Source: Catajapyx aquilonaris
Lineage: Eukaryota
Direction: 5' to 3'
Length of the DNA: 64,000 bases
Assembly (NCBI GenBank): GCA_000934665.2
Contig: KZ538134.1
Span: 1 to 64,000 of the forward strand
Part shown: positions 61,501 to 64,000 of the stretch, piece by piece
How the letters are laid out: the number at the start of each line of letters is the position of its first letter
Position numbering within the stretch: the stretch's first letter is position 1
Made by a program: the position numbers and the translations under genes
The notes under the pieces: model-generated
What the model was told of the DNA's origin: nothing
Seen by the model: only the letters and a program-made list of their open reading frames with translations
Database searches by the model: none

Positions 61501-63636
61501 CACAGCAGGCCGAGACTTTACCATCTCGGCCACCGCACCTCCCTGGTGCCTCACTTTTTCAACCAAGTTACTCATCTCGAGAATTCGTTGTGCCCCTAAC
61601 CAGGTGCTTTATTCTATAGAAACTGCTACATTCAACCACCTTGGGAGCATTGGGGCACCTGGATCGAGGCACAACTACGAGCTACACAAAAATATTCTAC
61701 TTTGGGCAATATTTTTGTGATAATTAAAAATGACCCACATACTTGGAACACCCTGTATATTATAAACATGCATGGAGCAGTACCAAACTAATAATAATGG
61801 CAACCTGTGATGCACTCTCGCTAAGTGCCTTCCACTTGCTCTTGGTTCTCTGACGCCTCATGTAGATCTCATCCACCTCTGCCTCCTCTGCAGCAGGCTG
61901 TGGATGAATGTGAAGAATGAACAATAACAAATGCCGAAATATTCAATCTAATAATATTTAAATTCAATAGTGATTCTGACAGGCTCCTCAAACCGTGTTG
62001 ACAGCAGCTGTCGTCTGTGCCTCGATCTTGGAACTGGTTTGGCCTCCTGATCCTTTTCCACAGCATCTGTTCTCTCTGCATCTCTCTGCTGCCCCTGGGA
62101 CTCTCGTTCCTCCACAGACTTGGTCTCATCCACAAACACAATCTCAGTTGCTTCTGGTTCTTTAATGCGGACTGACTCCTAAAAAAGATCAGCAATTTCA
62201 ATAAACAAAATAATGCCTTCATGTAATTACACAGTGATATCTTTTATGCAGAGTGGTACACTTATTAAGGCAACCCATCCAATAATGTTGGAACCTATCC
62301 AAATTTGGGACCAGTTGAAAGATGGAACCACAATCCAATTAATTTTTTTCTAAACCAGGAAATTCATTGCTTTACAAGGGCAGTTCCATTCAACCTCACG
62401 TTAGTGGATAATATTTGAAAGACGCTACCCAAACGTAGCTTCTTAAAGATTAGTGTGAAATATTGCTAACCGCTATGGACACTTCAGTCAGAACCTACTA
62501 CATCAATCTCTTCTGAAAGAACAATTTTTCACAATAGTGGCACTAAAGAAAGGCTTCACTGTACATATCACAGTTTAAATACAGAAAAAACTCTGGAAGT
62601 AAACACATAAAACTTGGCATGAGCAACATTTGTGACAGTGTACAAAAAAATTCTTGCATCCCAAGTAGAAGTTAACTCTTTGACGACTACAGACATCATA
62701 GGATGTCCGAGCATACTTTCCTGCAGTCCCTACGGACATCATATGATGTCTTGAGATTTGTCCTGACAACTTGGGACATTTTCCAATTGGTAAAATTCCA
62801 ACCTCATCGATTTTCTTGAAATTCAGTCATTGGTAGCCCACCCCAAGGGATGAAAAACGCACCTATAGTTAACTGCTCAAAATCACCGTGACCCATATTG
62901 GAGGGGGGCATAATTATGTCAATGCACCAAATTTCAAGAAATAGGTGAGGTCAGAATTTGACCTCTGCCCCCCCCCCCAATGGGTCACAGGGTCATATTG
63001 ATCAGGTAACTTTATAATTGATATATTTAAGGAGGTTGGCCCAGCATTGCCTTTCAACCTCCAAGGATAGGGAAGGAAGGAAGCGGCTGTGGCCTATTGT
63101 ACCAGGAATTATCCTAGAAAGACCGTGGAAAACCACAGAAAACCGCGGTCAAGGTTGCCGGCCCCAGGATTCGAACCCAGGACCTCCCGATTAGCAGTCG
63201 GACGCCTTATCCACTATGCCAACCTGCTTCGGTTTGATCAGGTAACTATAGGTAATCTGGGTAATCTGGGGGTAATCCAGGCAGTCCGCGGATTATTATT
63301 CATTAATATCACTCTTCATCTTTCCGGAAGAGGGGAAAAAGAACTCAGGCCCTGGGGTAAGGCAATGGCTCACAAACTCTCAGTCGTCAAAAGGTTAATG
63401 ATGACGTTAACTTCATATATGATTTACAAATTTTCCACTTAATACCTAGTGTTATAAGAAAGTATGCTATTTTCAATTTATTTATACATGTAATTTCAAA
63501 GGAAATTAATTACTAACCTTTTCCATTTCTCCTCTTTTCCTCCTCCGCCTTTGCCTTGATGAAGTGACCAAAATAGACACTTCATGTTGCTCCTGGTCTC
63601 CCTCTGGAGAGGCTTTCTGTTCAGCTTCCACATCAT
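45167..63636 (-). CDS. CC2D2A: Coiled-coil and C2 domain-containing protein 2A (MKS6, ciliary transition zone)
   Basis: About 20 exons. AYEFFT, PRFPEDEGLYVG, HFSHHPLFSREH, SWFKPRRPLKPTRKERKK, C2 domain VRPLVEVTFQ..GSNPTWNQEL, KWLGSLTIPFS, GSEYEHGVLLVNYF, WNPCTG, C-terminus [28 protein letters not shown]. Start codon (63636) tentative. Confidence 0.93.
47754..48097 (+). mobile_element. tRNA-derived SINE (family A)
   Basis: Head and body colinear with 41256-41612; 3' part matches 61249-61543; (AAAC)n tail. Confidence 0.82.
48139..48916. mobile_element. Non-autonomous TIR element with long (about 130 bp) TIRs, GAG...CTC ends (Sola-like)
   Basis: GAGCAAAAACATTCCCTTCA..CCATAGGTCTTA.. mirrored at the right end; TSD not conserved. 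Confidence 0.72.
48977..49379. mobile_element. Non-autonomous hAT element
   Basis: TIR CAGGGCTATTCAACTGG / CCAGTTGAATACCCCTG; 8-bp TSD GCCTAGGT. Confidence 0.87.
49540..49848. mobile_element. Non-autonomous hAT (Charlie-like) element
   Basis: TIR CAGCGGTTCTCAAACT / AGTTTGAGAACCACTG; left TSD GCTTAGAA, right TSD split by the next element. Confidence 0.85.
49855..51725. mobile_element. Non-autonomous TIR element with 4-bp TSD TTAG, superfamily unassigned
   Basis: TIR GGCTAATTCCAYGC; TTAG duplicated on both sides; six copies of GTGACTTACACGACA inside. Confidence 0.8.
52052..52159 (+). mobile_element. Truncated SINE (family B) abutting a CC2D2A splice donor
   Basis: TTCGATCCCA..TTCCCCCTTCAT..GCAGAGTT..TCTCGGGTGG..CCACCC.GGGGAGTTCA matches the 37478-37830 element. 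Confidence 0.72.
58468..58525. repeat. (TTA)n microsatellite
   Basis: About 19 TTA units in a CC2D2A intron. Confidence 0.95.
58692..58940 (+). mobile_element. Degenerate tRNA-derived SINE with V-domain-like core
   Basis: GATGGTGTAGTGGTTA A box, decayed B box, then GTTCTTTCCATGCTTGCATTGGTTTTATCAGGGTATTCCCATTTCCTCCC. Confidence 0.55.
59062..59319. mobile_element. MITE, PIF/Harbinger-like
   Basis: Imperfect TIR ..TCCACAYTGRGTTATTTTCTGGCA; TTA on both flanks. Confidence 0.65.
61249..61543 (-). mobile_element. tRNA-derived SINE (family A)
   Basis: A/B boxes GTGGCCGAGATGG / GGTTCTAATCCC; 11-bp TSD TGGTGCCTCAC. Confidence 0.85.
63012..63233 (-). mobile_element. tRNA-derived SINE (family C) inserted in the TIR of a MITE (about 62861-63253)
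   Basis: TGGCATAGTGGATAAGG / GGTTCGAATCC boxes; TTGATCAGGTAACT duplicated on both sides. Confidence 0.72.
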
Positions 63637-63720
63637 TTTCAGTCTACCATAAAAATAAAAATAGTTTTACAAACATTTTAATTCAGTCTCTCTCTTTCCT
63701 CAGCATTCAAATATCAGTAC

Positions 63721-63969
63721 AGTGCTGACGGCCCAAGTGAAAACCCTGTATTTTCAAAAATCACGTAAATGGAGATAGATGAACTCCTCTTTGCAAGCCA
63801 CACCTTCCGGTACAACTGGTAACTGTAGGAACAACCCTTGCAAAGTTTTGGTCAATAGAAATCATGCATTTCCATAATTATACGATAATGGAAACAAAAA
63901 ATTCAAACGCGAATATCTCGAAATGACAAAAAGCCAAGATGTAGGGTTTTCACTTGGGCCGTCAGAGTG
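63721..63969. mobile_element. MITE
   Basis: Inverted repeat CTGACGGCCCAAGTGAAAACCCT at both ends. Confidence 0.65.
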
Positions 63970-64000
63970 GAACCTTGTACTTTGAACAACCCTAATTTTG

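Noticed and set aside
37478..63233. Several tRNA-like sequences with A and B boxes
   Set aside because: No complete cloverleaf; they continue into shared bodies with tails and TSDs, so they are SINEs rather than tRNA genes.

Overview
Eukaryotic, intron-containing DNA from an arthropod (probably a pancrustacean/hexapod; species not identifiable). Gene models were spliced by hand using GT-AG boundaries. Left third (1.1-20.8 kb): a tandem array of ten short secreted-protein genes (nine on -, one on +). Each has four coding exons with intron phases 0/2/1, a signal peptide and four core Cys, i.e. divergent lipocalins. The rightmost members keep the canonical GxW/TDY motifs. The left seven form a derived subfamily with GxY, an H-G-x-(F/Y)-Y-D-x-G strand and a C-terminal F-H, reminiscent of small-ligand-scavenging lipocalins. 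The array is followed by a short membrane RING-H2 E3 ligase (TRC8-like), three divergent ionotropic receptors (one apparently lacking the pore loop), the piRNA helicase armitage/MOV10L1 (-) and the ciliary transition-zone gene CC2D2A (-). Introns and intergenic DNA hold many non-autonomous elements (hAT-, P-, Tc1/mariner-, Harbinger-like MITEs, Helitron, tRNA-derived SINEs), several nested with readable target-site duplications.
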